Origin: Promethearchaeum syntrophicum
GTDB taxonomy: Archaea; Asgardarchaeota; Lokiarchaeia; Sigyniarchaeales; Promethearchaeaceae
Direction of reading: 5' to 3'
Assembly (NCBI RefSeq): GCF_008000775.2
Contig: NZ_CP042905.2
Location: forward strand, 1,830,001-1,862,000
DNA: 32,000 nt
The notes under the pieces were generated by a model that saw only the letters and a program-made list of their open reading frames with translations, had not been told where the DNA came from and searched no databases. The position numbers and the translations under genes were made by a program. Below are positions 9,326-17,880 of the stretch, piece by piece (position 1 is the stretch's first letter; every line of letters begins with the position of its first letter).

Positions 9326-10174
9326 ATGAATTTCGATCAATTTTCAGGAGCAAGTAAATACATTACAAGCCCAGAATTAAAATCAATTGTAAATGTGTCG
9401 ATTGCATTACAACGTCCTTTACTTGTAAAGGGAGAACCAGGCACTGGTAAAACATTATTGGCTCATGCCATTTCAGAAGCCTTAGAAAAACCATTATTGG
9501 TTTGGAATGTTAAATCCACTAGCAAGGCCATCGATGGTTGCTATACTTACGATACTGTTCAACGTCTTAATGATTCTAGATTTGGCTCTAAAAAACGAAA
9601 TGTCGATAATGTCGAGGATTATATTACTTTGGGCAAATTAGGGCAAGCATTTACGACTAAGGAACAAGTAGTACTGTTGATAGATGAAATAGATAAAGCA
9701 GATCCAGAATTTCCTAACGATTTATTACAAGAACTTGACATTATGGAATTCTATGTCAATGAATTGCAAAAAACCATTAAAGCTGTTCACAGACCTATTG
9801 TTATTATAACCAGTAATAATGAGAAGGAATTACCGGATGCTTTCTTAAGGCGATGTGTTTTTCATTATATTAATTTCCCTGATAAAGAACTGATGAGAGA
9901 GATAGTTCATGTTCATTTTCCAGATATCAAAGAAAAAATCCTTGAAAACTGTCTTCAGCAATTTTACCTCCTTAGGATGGTTAAACAAGTTAGAAAAAAG
10001 CCAAGTACATCAGAATTGATAGATTGGATAGGCGTTTTACTTAAAGCGGGATTATCAGAGGAAGATATTGAGCAAAAAATACCCTTTTTAGGAACTTTAA
10101 TCAAAAAAGAAGTCGATTTGAATTACTTAAAGCATTACCGAAAAGACATTTTCGAATCAGTTAAAGAGAAATAA
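9326..10174 (+). CDS. MoxR/CoxD-like AAA+ ATPase
   Basis: Walker A GEPGTGKT, Walker B LLIDEIDKA and sensor region ITSNNEKELPDAFLRRC. Size and motifs are typical of MoxR-family ATPases, and it is paired with the downstream VWA protein. Confidence 0.8.
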   Translation: MNFDQFSGASKYITSPELKSIVNVSIALQRPLLVKGEPGTGKTLLAHAISEALEKPLLVWNVKSTSKAIDGCYTYDTVQRLNDSRFGSKKRNVDNVEDYITLGKLGQAFTTKEQVVLLIDEIDKADPEFPNDLLQELDIMEFYVNELQKTIKAVHRPIVIITSNNEKELPDAFLRRCVFHYINFPDKELMREIVHVHFPDIKEKILENCLQQFYLLRMVKQVRKKPSTSELIDWIGVLLKAGLSEEDIEQKIPFLGTLIKKEVDLNYLKHYRKDIFESVKEK

Positions 10175-10209
10175 GCAATTGAAATTATTACATTGGTGAT
10201 AAAAAAAAG

Positions 10210-11388
10210 ATGTTCGTAGATTTCTATTATTTATTAAGAGACTCTAAAATTCCTGTTTCTATAACAGAATTCTTATCTTTGACCGAGATTTTTTCAAAAA
10301 ACCTTATTCAAAATACAGTTGAATTTTATTATATTACCCGGAGTCTCCTAGTAAAGGATGAAAAGTACTACGATATCTTTGATCAAGTATTTATGAAGTA
10401 TTTTAATGATGCATATGTCCCTGAAAAACTAAAAGATGAAATTTTGGATTGGTTAGACCAACCTACAGATTCCATATTTGATATGCTAAGTTTGACTGAA
10501 GAAGAAAAAAAAATCTTGGAATTATATGATTGGGAAGATTTACGTAAGAAATTTGAAGCACGAATGTTAGAGCAAACAAAAGAACATCACGGCGGAAATT
10601 ATTGGATAGGAACTCGTGGAACATCTCCATTCGGGTGGGGTGGTAAAAAACCTGGAGGTATTCGGGTAGGAGGGATTGGAGGTATGCGTTCTGCTATTCA
10701 AATTGCTCAAAAAAGGCAGTTTAGGGACTATCGATCAGATAGAATTTTAGATACAAGACAAATTCAAATAGCTCTGAGAAAATTACGAAAATTGAGCAAA
10801 ATCGGGGCACCTGATGTATTAAATTTGGACGAAACTATTCAAAAAACCTGTAAACTTGGGGGAGAAATAGAATTTGTTTGGGAAAAACAGAAAAAAAACA
10901 ACTTAAAATTACTGCTCTTAATGGACGTAGGTGGTAGTATGGATCCATTTACATACATGGTCGAACAGCTATTTTCTGTGGCTAATCGAGCCAATCACTT
11001 TAAAAAATTTAAATATTTCTATTTTCACAATTGTATCTATGATAATTTATATGAAAGTATGGAATTATGGAATAAAAACAAGATTCCTCTAGCAGAGATT
11101 TTTAAGAAATATGATAAAGATTATCGAGTATTTATAGTAGGTGATGCTGCAATGGCTTTTTATGAATTAACATCTAAATATGGTGCTATTGATTATTATC
11201 AGAGAAATGATACTCCTGGAATAGTATGGTTACAGAAATTTAAGGAACATTTTCCAAAGTCAATTTGGCTTAATCCAGAAGTTCCAGGACCTTGGTTATC
11301 AGAATCACGAAAAATGATTATGGACATTTTTCCAATGTATCAATTGAGTTTAGACGGATTGGAAAAGGCAATTAAAAAGCTCATTTGA
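10210..11388 (+). CDS. VWA-domain protein, CoxE-like partner of the MoxR ATPase
   Basis: N-terminus MFVDFYYLLRDSKIPVSITEFLSL...FDQVF matches the CoxE-like family pattern. A MIDAS-like LLLMDVGGSMD begins the VWA domain. The gene lies 35 nt downstream of the AAA+ gene. Confidence 0.75.
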   Translation: MFVDFYYLLRDSKIPVSITEFLSLTEIFSKNLIQNTVEFYYITRSLLVKDEKYYDIFDQVFMKYFNDAYVPEKLKDEILDWLDQPTDSIFDMLSLTEEEKKILELYDWEDLRKKFEARMLEQTKEHHGGNYWIGTRGTSPFGWGGKKPGGIRVGGIGGMRSAIQIAQKRQFRDYRSDRILDTRQIQIALRKLRKLSKIGAPDVLNLDETIQKTCKLGGEIEFVWEKQKKNNLKLLLLMDVGGSMDPFTYMVEQLFSVANRANHFKKFKYFYFHNCIYDNLYESMELWNKNKIPLAEIFKKYDKDYRVFIVGDAAMAFYELTSKYGAIDYYQRNDTPGIVWLQKFKEHFPKSIWLNPEVPGPWLSESRKMIMDIFPMYQLSLDGLEKAIKKLI

Positions 11389-11416
11389 ACATACTATTTA
11401 TTCATTTTATAATCCA

Positions 11417-12313
11417 CTAATAAAAATCTCTCATAAATTTCTCAACCTCAATCCTTGACTGTTTAAAAGGACCGGGAGTTTCAATTTTAAGAGATGTTAG
11501 AGCTGCAGATAATAGGGCAGCTTCTTCCATATTCTTATGTAAACGCTCTGAAACGTAAGCAGCAGTGCATGTATCTCCACGACCAGTTCTCCCATTAAGA
11601 TTTCGGTTTTTGAAGGAAGTAGTTATCCATTTTTTATCTGAAACAACCAATAATTCTGTATTGTGTGAGATAAGTACTTCATTTGCTCCCATTTTTTGTA
11701 AATATTGTCCTGCTTTTATTCTACCATCACGAGATGAGGTAGAGATCCCGGTAAGAATTTCCGCTTCTGCAGCATCAGCTTTAAAAAAATGCACAAATGG
11801 CATTATTTCTTTAAGATTTTCATAAGGAACAAGTTCCATATTATTAGAAAATAGTACTTTTCTTGTGAGACCTTGCGCGTCAACAACCAATTTGCCTTTT
11901 TTGCTAAGGAGTTTTAAAATTTTTGTATTTAATTCACCAGTGACTAAGCCATTATACATAATCACTTTTGCTTGAAAATCTGGTATTTCTTCTAAATGAA
12001 ACGGATCCGCTTGCCCTAAAATTGTGCAAATTCTCCTTTCTTTATCCTTTGTTAGATAATCATTAAGAATGGAAGTAGTTTTCTCTGAATTTATCCATTT
12101 GATATTCTCTGAACCAGAAAATTTAGGGAATTCTTTTATTCTGAATTTATCACTTCTGGAAGATTTAGTTAAAACTCCCACATTATTTCCAAGTTGATGT
12201 AAAACCCAAACTGCATTCAATATTGCACCTCCTGTAAAAGTGATCTCAGAAGAAGGGGTTCGAATTATATCTATCGAAATATTACCAATGCAAAAAAAAT
12301 CATAAATTTCCAT
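11417..12313 (-). CDS. PfkB-family sugar/nucleoside kinase
   Basis: N-terminal FFCIGNISIDII...GGAILNA and the C-terminal PfkB signature GRTGRGDTCTAAYV. The substrate cannot be determined. Confidence 0.7.
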   Translation of the reverse strand: MEIYDFFCIGNISIDIIRTPSSEITFTGGAILNAVWVLHQLGNNVGVLTKSSRSDKFRIKEFPKFSGSENIKWINSEKTTSILNDYLTKDKERRICTILGQADPFHLEEIPDFQAKVIMYNGLVTGELNTKILKLLSKKGKLVVDAQGLTRKVLFSNNMELVPYENLKEIMPFVHFFKADAAEAEILTGISTSSRDGRIKAGQYLQKMGANEVLISHNTELLVVSDKKWITTSFKNRNLNGRTGRGDTCTAAYVSERLHKNMEEAALLSAALTSLKIETPGPFKQSRIEVEKFMRDFY

Positions 12314-12342
12314 TAAATTCTTTATTCTTTGATCTTATTTTT

Positions 12343-13277
12343 TTATTTTGGTTTAGCAGTTCGATTTTTTTTTTCATCGAAATATAAAATGTAATTTTTA
12401 CCTAAAATCTCTTGGATCTGGGAAAAATATTCTGGATTTCTCGCTTTTAACCATCTCAATCCATGTTTAATTGTCCATATTAAATAAAAATGTTTTTCTC
12501 CTCGTTCTTTTTTAGATTTCGATGCTAATTCATTATTTACTTCAATATTTGCATTTTTAACCCATTTTTTTGTTAGTTTAAGGATTTTTTCAGGCATATA
12601 TTTTGATAGATCTTTAAGATTATTGCCTACAGATTTACGAACATATACTGAAGGATCTGCCCTCAATAAATCCAAAATTTCCAAAATTTCATCATTTTTA
12701 TCTGGATTTCTAAGCCATTTTACATCAGATAGTGGCCTAAGGCTTTCGGCAATAAGACGTTTTATATTTGGATGCTTTTCAGTGAAGACCCAATTTTTTA
12801 AGTTTGAAGTGTTTTTACAGGAAAATTTTTTAAGCTTTTTCTAATAATATAACCACTCATTTCTCTAATTTCCCATTCAGAATCATTAGCCCAAGTTTTT
12901 GCTTGATTTAGCACTTTATCAATATTTATGTCAGAATGTGATACTGTTTCCGCTAAAAATGCAATAGCAAAATTTTTTAGATTGATATCTTTTATTTCCT
13001 TTCCATGATTAAAAATCTGAATAGAGAAATTTGAATTATCGAAATTCTTTCTATCTTTTAAAATTTTCACAAATCCAGCTGCAGTGTTCATTGCTATATA
13101 TACACTTCCTTTTCCAATTCGTTCTTTATCAGGTATAATCTCATATTCATGTTGCAGAAATAATCGAATATTATTTATCTCTGAATTTTTAAGTGGTAAG
13201 TTGAATAATTCTGCTTTTTCAGAAAAAGATTTAATTGTTCGTTTAATTATTGCAGATTTTGAACTAATTGACACCAC
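12343..13277 (-). pseudogene. HEAT-repeat DNA-alkylation-repair-like protein (YhaZ/COG4335-like) split by a -1 frameshift
   Basis: The N-fragment (13277..12798) ends ...WANDSEWEIREMSGYIIRKSLKNFPVKTLQT*. The -1 frame is open from 12840 and reads LKKFSCKNTSNLKNWVFTEKHPNIKRLIAESLRP...LLRADPSVYVRKSVGNNLKDLSKYMPEKILKLTKKW. This is the continuation expected for the family (W..d.eW.iRe ... RP ... D.s.YVR.SV.N.L.D.sK..P). The two frames overlap at 12798-12840. Confidence 0.65.
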
Positions 13278-13630
13278 TTTCTTTAACCTCCAATTCTTTC
13301 TAATAAACTATTATTGTCTTCCTTTTTAAATAGGTTGAAAACAACTTTCTAAATAACACACACATCATTCTTTTTTTTAAGTAACACACACCCACTTTGT
13401 TCTGACCACACACCAGAACAAATTCTCTTTTTTCCTAATTTTCTTTAATTTCTTATCTAACTCTTAAATTTTCTTTTCGATTCTTTCTAATTATACTTCT
13501 TTTTAGGAAAAGAATGACTAAAATACATATAACCAAAAATTTACTATTATTTTTTAGTTATATACTTTAAAATTCACATACAAAATAAGACGAGTTGATA
13601 AATATTCACGTAGGTAAATCATTTTATATT

Positions 13631-14407
13631 ATGTTTGATGTTGCGGAAGGCGGGATTGTTGAACCCATTGAATTTCGCAAAGATCAATTAACTCCAGATA
13701 AAAGCATTATTGTAATGGACGAAGATAACCAAAAAGTGTGGTTATGGCATGGAAAAGGGCGCGGATTAGTACCAAGACGTACAGCATTGCGACAAGCTCA
13801 ATCCCTCAAAGGACATGGCTATCAAGCAGGAAATGCAATAATCGGTCGAGATTTAGATGCGATTATTGAGATAGACGATCGAAAAGTCGGCAGAGAACCT
13901 GAATCAACCCAGAATAATGAGAAGCTAATGCTCTTATTAAACAAAAATTTTGAAGGAATTGGAAATTTCGTATACATTATTGGCAAAGGAGGAGAAAAAC
14001 CTGCTCCTGCTCAAAAAAGTCAACCAGTAATTAAACAAGTTACCCCTACTCCCATTGCTTCTAAACCAAAAGCACAAGAACCTGAACATCCAAAATTAGA
14101 CACTCCTAAGATAAATGTCAATGTTTTAAATGAAGAATTAGCAAAAACCGAACAAACACCATCTAAACCCGCTTTAGATGATTCCGATAAATTATTAATT
14201 GGAAAGGCAATCGTTATCCTAATGGATCAATTTAAAGATTTATTGATTTCATCAAAGGATGATGGAACTATAAAAATTGAACAAATGGAAGGAAATATTT
14301 GTTCATTTTCAGTTGATAATCACAAAATTTCATTTACTCCTGATTCATTTTCTGAAATTCCATCTGAGAAAAAGGAAGCTATTGAAACTCAAATTTTAAA
14401 GATATAA
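13631..14407 (+). CDS. Gelsolin-like domain protein with a Pro/Lys/Gln-rich linker and an unknown C-terminal domain
   Basis: DKSIIVMDEDNQKVWLWHGKGRGLVPRRTALRQAQSLKGHGY follows the gelsolin-repeat pattern (D.fIld....iy.W.G..s...er..A...a..l). The linker is PAPAQKSQPVIKQVTPTPIASKPKAQEPEHPK. The ATG at 13631 is preferred over the in-frame TTG at 13595. Confidence 0.5.
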   Translation: MFDVAEGGIVEPIEFRKDQLTPDKSIIVMDEDNQKVWLWHGKGRGLVPRRTALRQAQSLKGHGYQAGNAIIGRDLDAIIEIDDRKVGREPESTQNNEKLMLLLNKNFEGIGNFVYIIGKGGEKPAPAQKSQPVIKQVTPTPIASKPKAQEPEHPKLDTPKINVNVLNEELAKTEQTPSKPALDDSDKLLIGKAIVILMDQFKDLLISSKDDGTIKIEQMEGNICSFSVDNHKISFTPDSFSEIPSEKKEAIETQILKI

Positions 14408-14464
14408 TATCGATTTTTTCAAAAAATTTTTATTTTTCTTATTTTAAAATCAATAGTGTGAACA

Positions 14465-16267
14465 ATGGATTTTAACAAAATAATTTCCTATTATGAAAAG
14501 CTTGAATCTACTAGGAAAAGACTGGAAATGATAGAAATACTGGCACAATTATTTTCAGAATGTATTAAAGAAGAAAATCGTAAAGATTTTCGAAAAATTA
14601 TTTATTTAACGCAAGGTAGACTAGTTTCCGAAATTGATGATTTTCCAACTTTTGGTATTGCGGAAAAAATGGTGATACAAGCAATATCAAAATTTACAGG
14701 AATTGCAAATTCCAATGTAAAAAATTTAATCAATAAGAAAGGGGATGTAGGAGAAGCTCTAGAATCAATTCTTAAGAGAAGAGAGGGGAAAAAACAGACA
14801 TATTCTTTAGATACTTTTGTAAAAGAAACAAAAACTGAAAAAATATTGGAAATTAGTCGTTTATACAGTGAGCTCGAAAAATTATCAAAGATTAAAGGTG
14901 ATGGAAGCCAAGATCAGAAAATAAATTTGCTTACAGGGATTTTCCGATTAAGTTCACCTCAAAGTGCTAAATTTATTGTAAAAATCATCTTATCTGATTT
15001 ACGAATGGGTATCGCGGATAAGACAATTTTAGATTCTTTATCATTAAGTATTACTGGATCTAAAAACAATCGTTCCTTTATTGAACATGCCTATAATATT
15101 CATCCTGATTTGGGATATATTGCAGAAAAATTAATGAAGGAAGGATTAGAAGGAATTAAATCCATTACAATTCAAGTTGGAATCCCAATCCGTATGATGT
15201 TAGCATCGAGAATTCAATACACTGAAATCCAGAAGAAACTTGGAGGTGGAGATTTCATTGCTGAATATAAATATGATGGGGAGCGTGTCCAAGTCCATAA
15301 AAAAGGGCAAAAAATTTCTCTTTTTTCAAGGAGACTCAAAGATATCACTCACCAATACCCTGATATTGTTGAATGTGTAAATAATCAAGTTAAATCAGAA
15401 AATGCAGTATTTGAAGGTGAAATTGTCGCCATGGATGCTTTCTTTGAGAAAATGCTTCCTTTTCAAGTAGTTAGCACAAGAAGAAGAAAATATGATATTG
15501 AAAAGATGAAAAAAGAAGTTCCAGTATGTTTGTATAGTTTTGATTTATTATTTGAAAATGATGAATCTCTCCTAAATTTATCACTAAATGATAGAAGAAA
15601 ACGTTTAGAAAAAATGATTACTCCTTCAGAGACAATTCAATTCTCCAATAAAAAAATGATTCATAATACTCAAGAAATGGTTGAATACTTTAATGAAGCA
15701 AGAAAAAAAGGTGCTGAAGGTATTATGAATAAAGCAATTGGACCTGATTCAGTTTATAAATCCGGAAATCGAGGTTTTCTTTGGATTAAATTGAAAGGAT
15801 TAGAAGGAGGAAAAATGCTTGATACCATAGATATTGTAATTATTGGTGGTTCTTGGGGAAAAGGGAGAAGAAAGGGATTATTAAGCCCATTTTATGGTGC
15901 CGTCTATAATAAGGAAACAAATATGTTTGAATTTTTTACTCGAGTTGGATCTGGGTTTTCTGATGATGATTTGGAACAATTTACGGATCGATTAAAGAAA
16001 CTTGAAATCAAAAAGCCTCCGAAGAATATTATCTGTGCCGATACTCCCGATGTTTGGTTCCAACCCGAAATAATAATTGAGGTGATGGGAGATGAACTTA
16101 CAATATCGAATAAATCAGATGTAGGTGCAAGTTTAGGAGATCCGAGAGGATATTCTTTAAGATTTCCCGTCTATCAAAGAATTCGGGAGGATAAGAATAT
16201 ATATCAAATTACAACAACTCAGGAAATTCTCGAACTCTTTGAAATTCAGAATTCTCAAACCCTTTAA
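14465..16267 (+). CDS. lig: ATP-dependent DNA ligase (archaeal/eukaryotic Lig1 type)
   Basis: Motif I AEYKYDGERVQVH (adenylated Lys), motif III FEGEIVAMD, motif IV AEGIMNKA and motif V LWIKLK. The 600-aa length is typical. Confidence 0.95.
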   Translation: MDFNKIISYYEKLESTRKRLEMIEILAQLFSECIKEENRKDFRKIIYLTQGRLVSEIDDFPTFGIAEKMVIQAISKFTGIANSNVKNLINKKGDVGEALESILKRREGKKQTYSLDTFVKETKTEKILEISRLYSELEKLSKIKGDGSQDQKINLLTGIFRLSSPQSAKFIVKIILSDLRMGIADKTILDSLSLSITGSKNNRSFIEHAYNIHPDLGYIAEKLMKEGLEGIKSITIQVGIPIRMMLASRIQYTEIQKKLGGGDFIAEYKYDGERVQVHKKGQKISLFSRRLKDITHQYPDIVECVNNQVKSENAVFEGEIVAMDAFFEKMLPFQVVSTRRRKYDIEKMKKEVPVCLYSFDLLFENDESLLNLSLNDRRKRLEKMITPSETIQFSNKKMIHNTQEMVEYFNEARKKGAEGIMNKAIGPDSVYKSGNRGFLWIKLKGLEGGKMLDTIDIVIIGGSWGKGRRKGLLSPFYGAVYNKETNMFEFFTRVGSGFSDDDLEQFTDRLKKLEIKKPPKNIICADTPDVWFQPEIIIEVMGDELTISNKSDVGASLGDPRGYSLRFPVYQRIREDKNIYQITTTQEILELFEIQNSQTL

Positions 16268-17262
16268 TTTTTTTTTCGCATTCTTTGAAAAAGAGCCGTC
16301 ATTAGAAGTGGAAATCCAATGGTACTGTCCACCCAAACACTAACGCTCTTGTCAGCTATTTCCTTTGAATACTTACCCCATGAGACACTCTCAGAAACCG
16401 TACACCCTGAGAGCCCTCCATCATATTCTGTTGCGGTATGTAGTCTAACTGCATAATTGTATCCACTGTTTCTTTTATTCTTTATTTGCTCAAGGTAAGG
16501 AAAAATTTGTTGAGACCAATTTCGAGGAACACCACCTCCAATGATAACAATACCATATTTATCATATTGTTCAATTTTCTCAGCGAAATTATCTATATCC
16601 CCGATTTCATCTAATATAATATTGTAATTATTAAATTTTCTATATTTTAATAAATTTATACTCAATTCAGAATCAGAGGTTGCACCACAAAAAATTGGAA
16701 TATTTTTATCTGCTGCAGTTCGTAAAAAACTTGTTTTTTTCATATTTTTCCCAATTATTTTAAATAGTTCAGATGGATAAATGATATGCAGAGTATTCTT
16801 AGAATATACTGTTGATATAAGTTTTAAAAGGTGGTTTTCAGCATTTTTATAATTATTTTCAGGAAGATAAGTATCATATATCCGATTAATACTTAAATTA
16901 TAAAGATCTTTATCACTGACATTCTTGGAACCAAGATAATGAGCTTGATTAGTTACATCATAACTATTAACAATTGAATGAATAATATTGGCTCCTGTTG
17001 TAACTATTGCATCAAACACATTGTTTTCAATTCCTTGACATATGATTTCTTCCATTCCTGCAGGAACCATCGCGCCACTCAAAGATAGTACTTTAAAACA
17101 TCTTGGAACACTGAGCATTTCCGTTAATATTTCCAGAGCTTTACCTAAATTACGTCCTTGAAAAGAACAAGATTTAAGCGCGTTTAATGCATTTTCCACA
17201 GTTTCAATTTTATTAGGATTAAAATTTTTTATTTTTTCTTTTAGATAATTATTATTTTTCAT
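16264..17262 (-). CDS. dhs: Deoxyhypusine synthase
   Basis: IGGGVPRNW...AVRLHTATEYDGGLSGCTVSESVSWGKY aligns with eukaryotic DHS (IGGGV...[23 protein letters not shown]), including the catalytic Lys in the WGK motif. Confidence 0.9.
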   Translation of the reverse strand: MKNNNYLKEKIKNFNPNKIETVENALNALKSCSFQGRNLGKALEILTEMLSVPRCFKVLSLSGAMVPAGMEEIICQGIENNVFDAIVTTGANIIHSIVNSYDVTNQAHYLGSKNVSDKDLYNLSINRIYDTYLPENNYKNAENHLLKLISTVYSKNTLHIIYPSELFKIIGKNMKKTSFLRTAADKNIPIFCGATSDSELSINLLKYRKFNNYNIILDEIGDIDNFAEKIEQYDKYGIVIIGGGVPRNWSQQIFPYLEQIKNKRNSGYNYAVRLHTATEYDGGLSGCTVSESVSWGKYSKEIADKSVSVWVDSTIGFPLLMTALFQRMRKKN

Positions 17263-17312
17263 TCATCTCGCCCTATATTGATAGATTTAAAACTTAAAAA
17301 AAAAATGACAAA

Positions 17313-17864
17313 TTATTCTAAGATAAATACCGCAGCAGCCAATACTGTTGTAAAAATTCCATCATTCTCAACGATACAAGTCGATGTTGTTGATTTGGTT
17401 TCAACAATTTTATCACTCATATGGAATATTGCTCGTTTTTCATCATAATCAGCATCTATATCAAAATCTATTCCAAGAGTGCTAGCTAACATACTTGCAG
17501 CCAAATCTTCTGCAAAATTTCCCGCAGTTCTTTCATCTTGACCGAAGCTATGATGTTCACTTAGAAATCCATAATGATTTTCATCTTTTGGTTTGGCTAC
17601 ACCTATTGATGCAGAAATCAATCTGTTTCTTTCATATGAACAATGACGAGCTAAAACTACGAATGTAATTTGACCAGGTTTTAGCATCTTGAGTCCTTCT
17701 TCTCTTGATATTTCTTTGCAATTAGGGGGAAATATAGAAGAGACTTGGACAATATTCAATTGTGAAATTCCAGCGTCTAAAAGAGCTGATTCAAATGATT
17801 GAAGTTCTTTTTTATCTGATCCAACTCCTTTCGTAAAGAATACATATTTTGGGACTAAATTCAT
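17313..17864 (-). CDS. pdaD: Pyruvoyl-dependent arginine decarboxylase
   Basis: FESALLDAGISQLNIVQVSSIFPP contains the PdaD self-cleavage Ser-Ser site. Length (183 aa) and overall pattern match PdaD. Confidence 0.9.
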   Translation of the reverse strand: MNLVPKYVFFTKGVGSDKKELQSFESALLDAGISQLNIVQVSSIFPPNCKEISREEGLKMLKPGQITFVVLARHCSYERNRLISASIGVAKPKDENHYGFLSEHHSFGQDERTAGNFAEDLAASMLASTLGIDFDIDADYDEKRAIFHMSDKIVETKSTTSTCIVENDGIFTTVLAAAVFILE

Positions 17865-17880
17865 TGTAATCTCCTTATTT

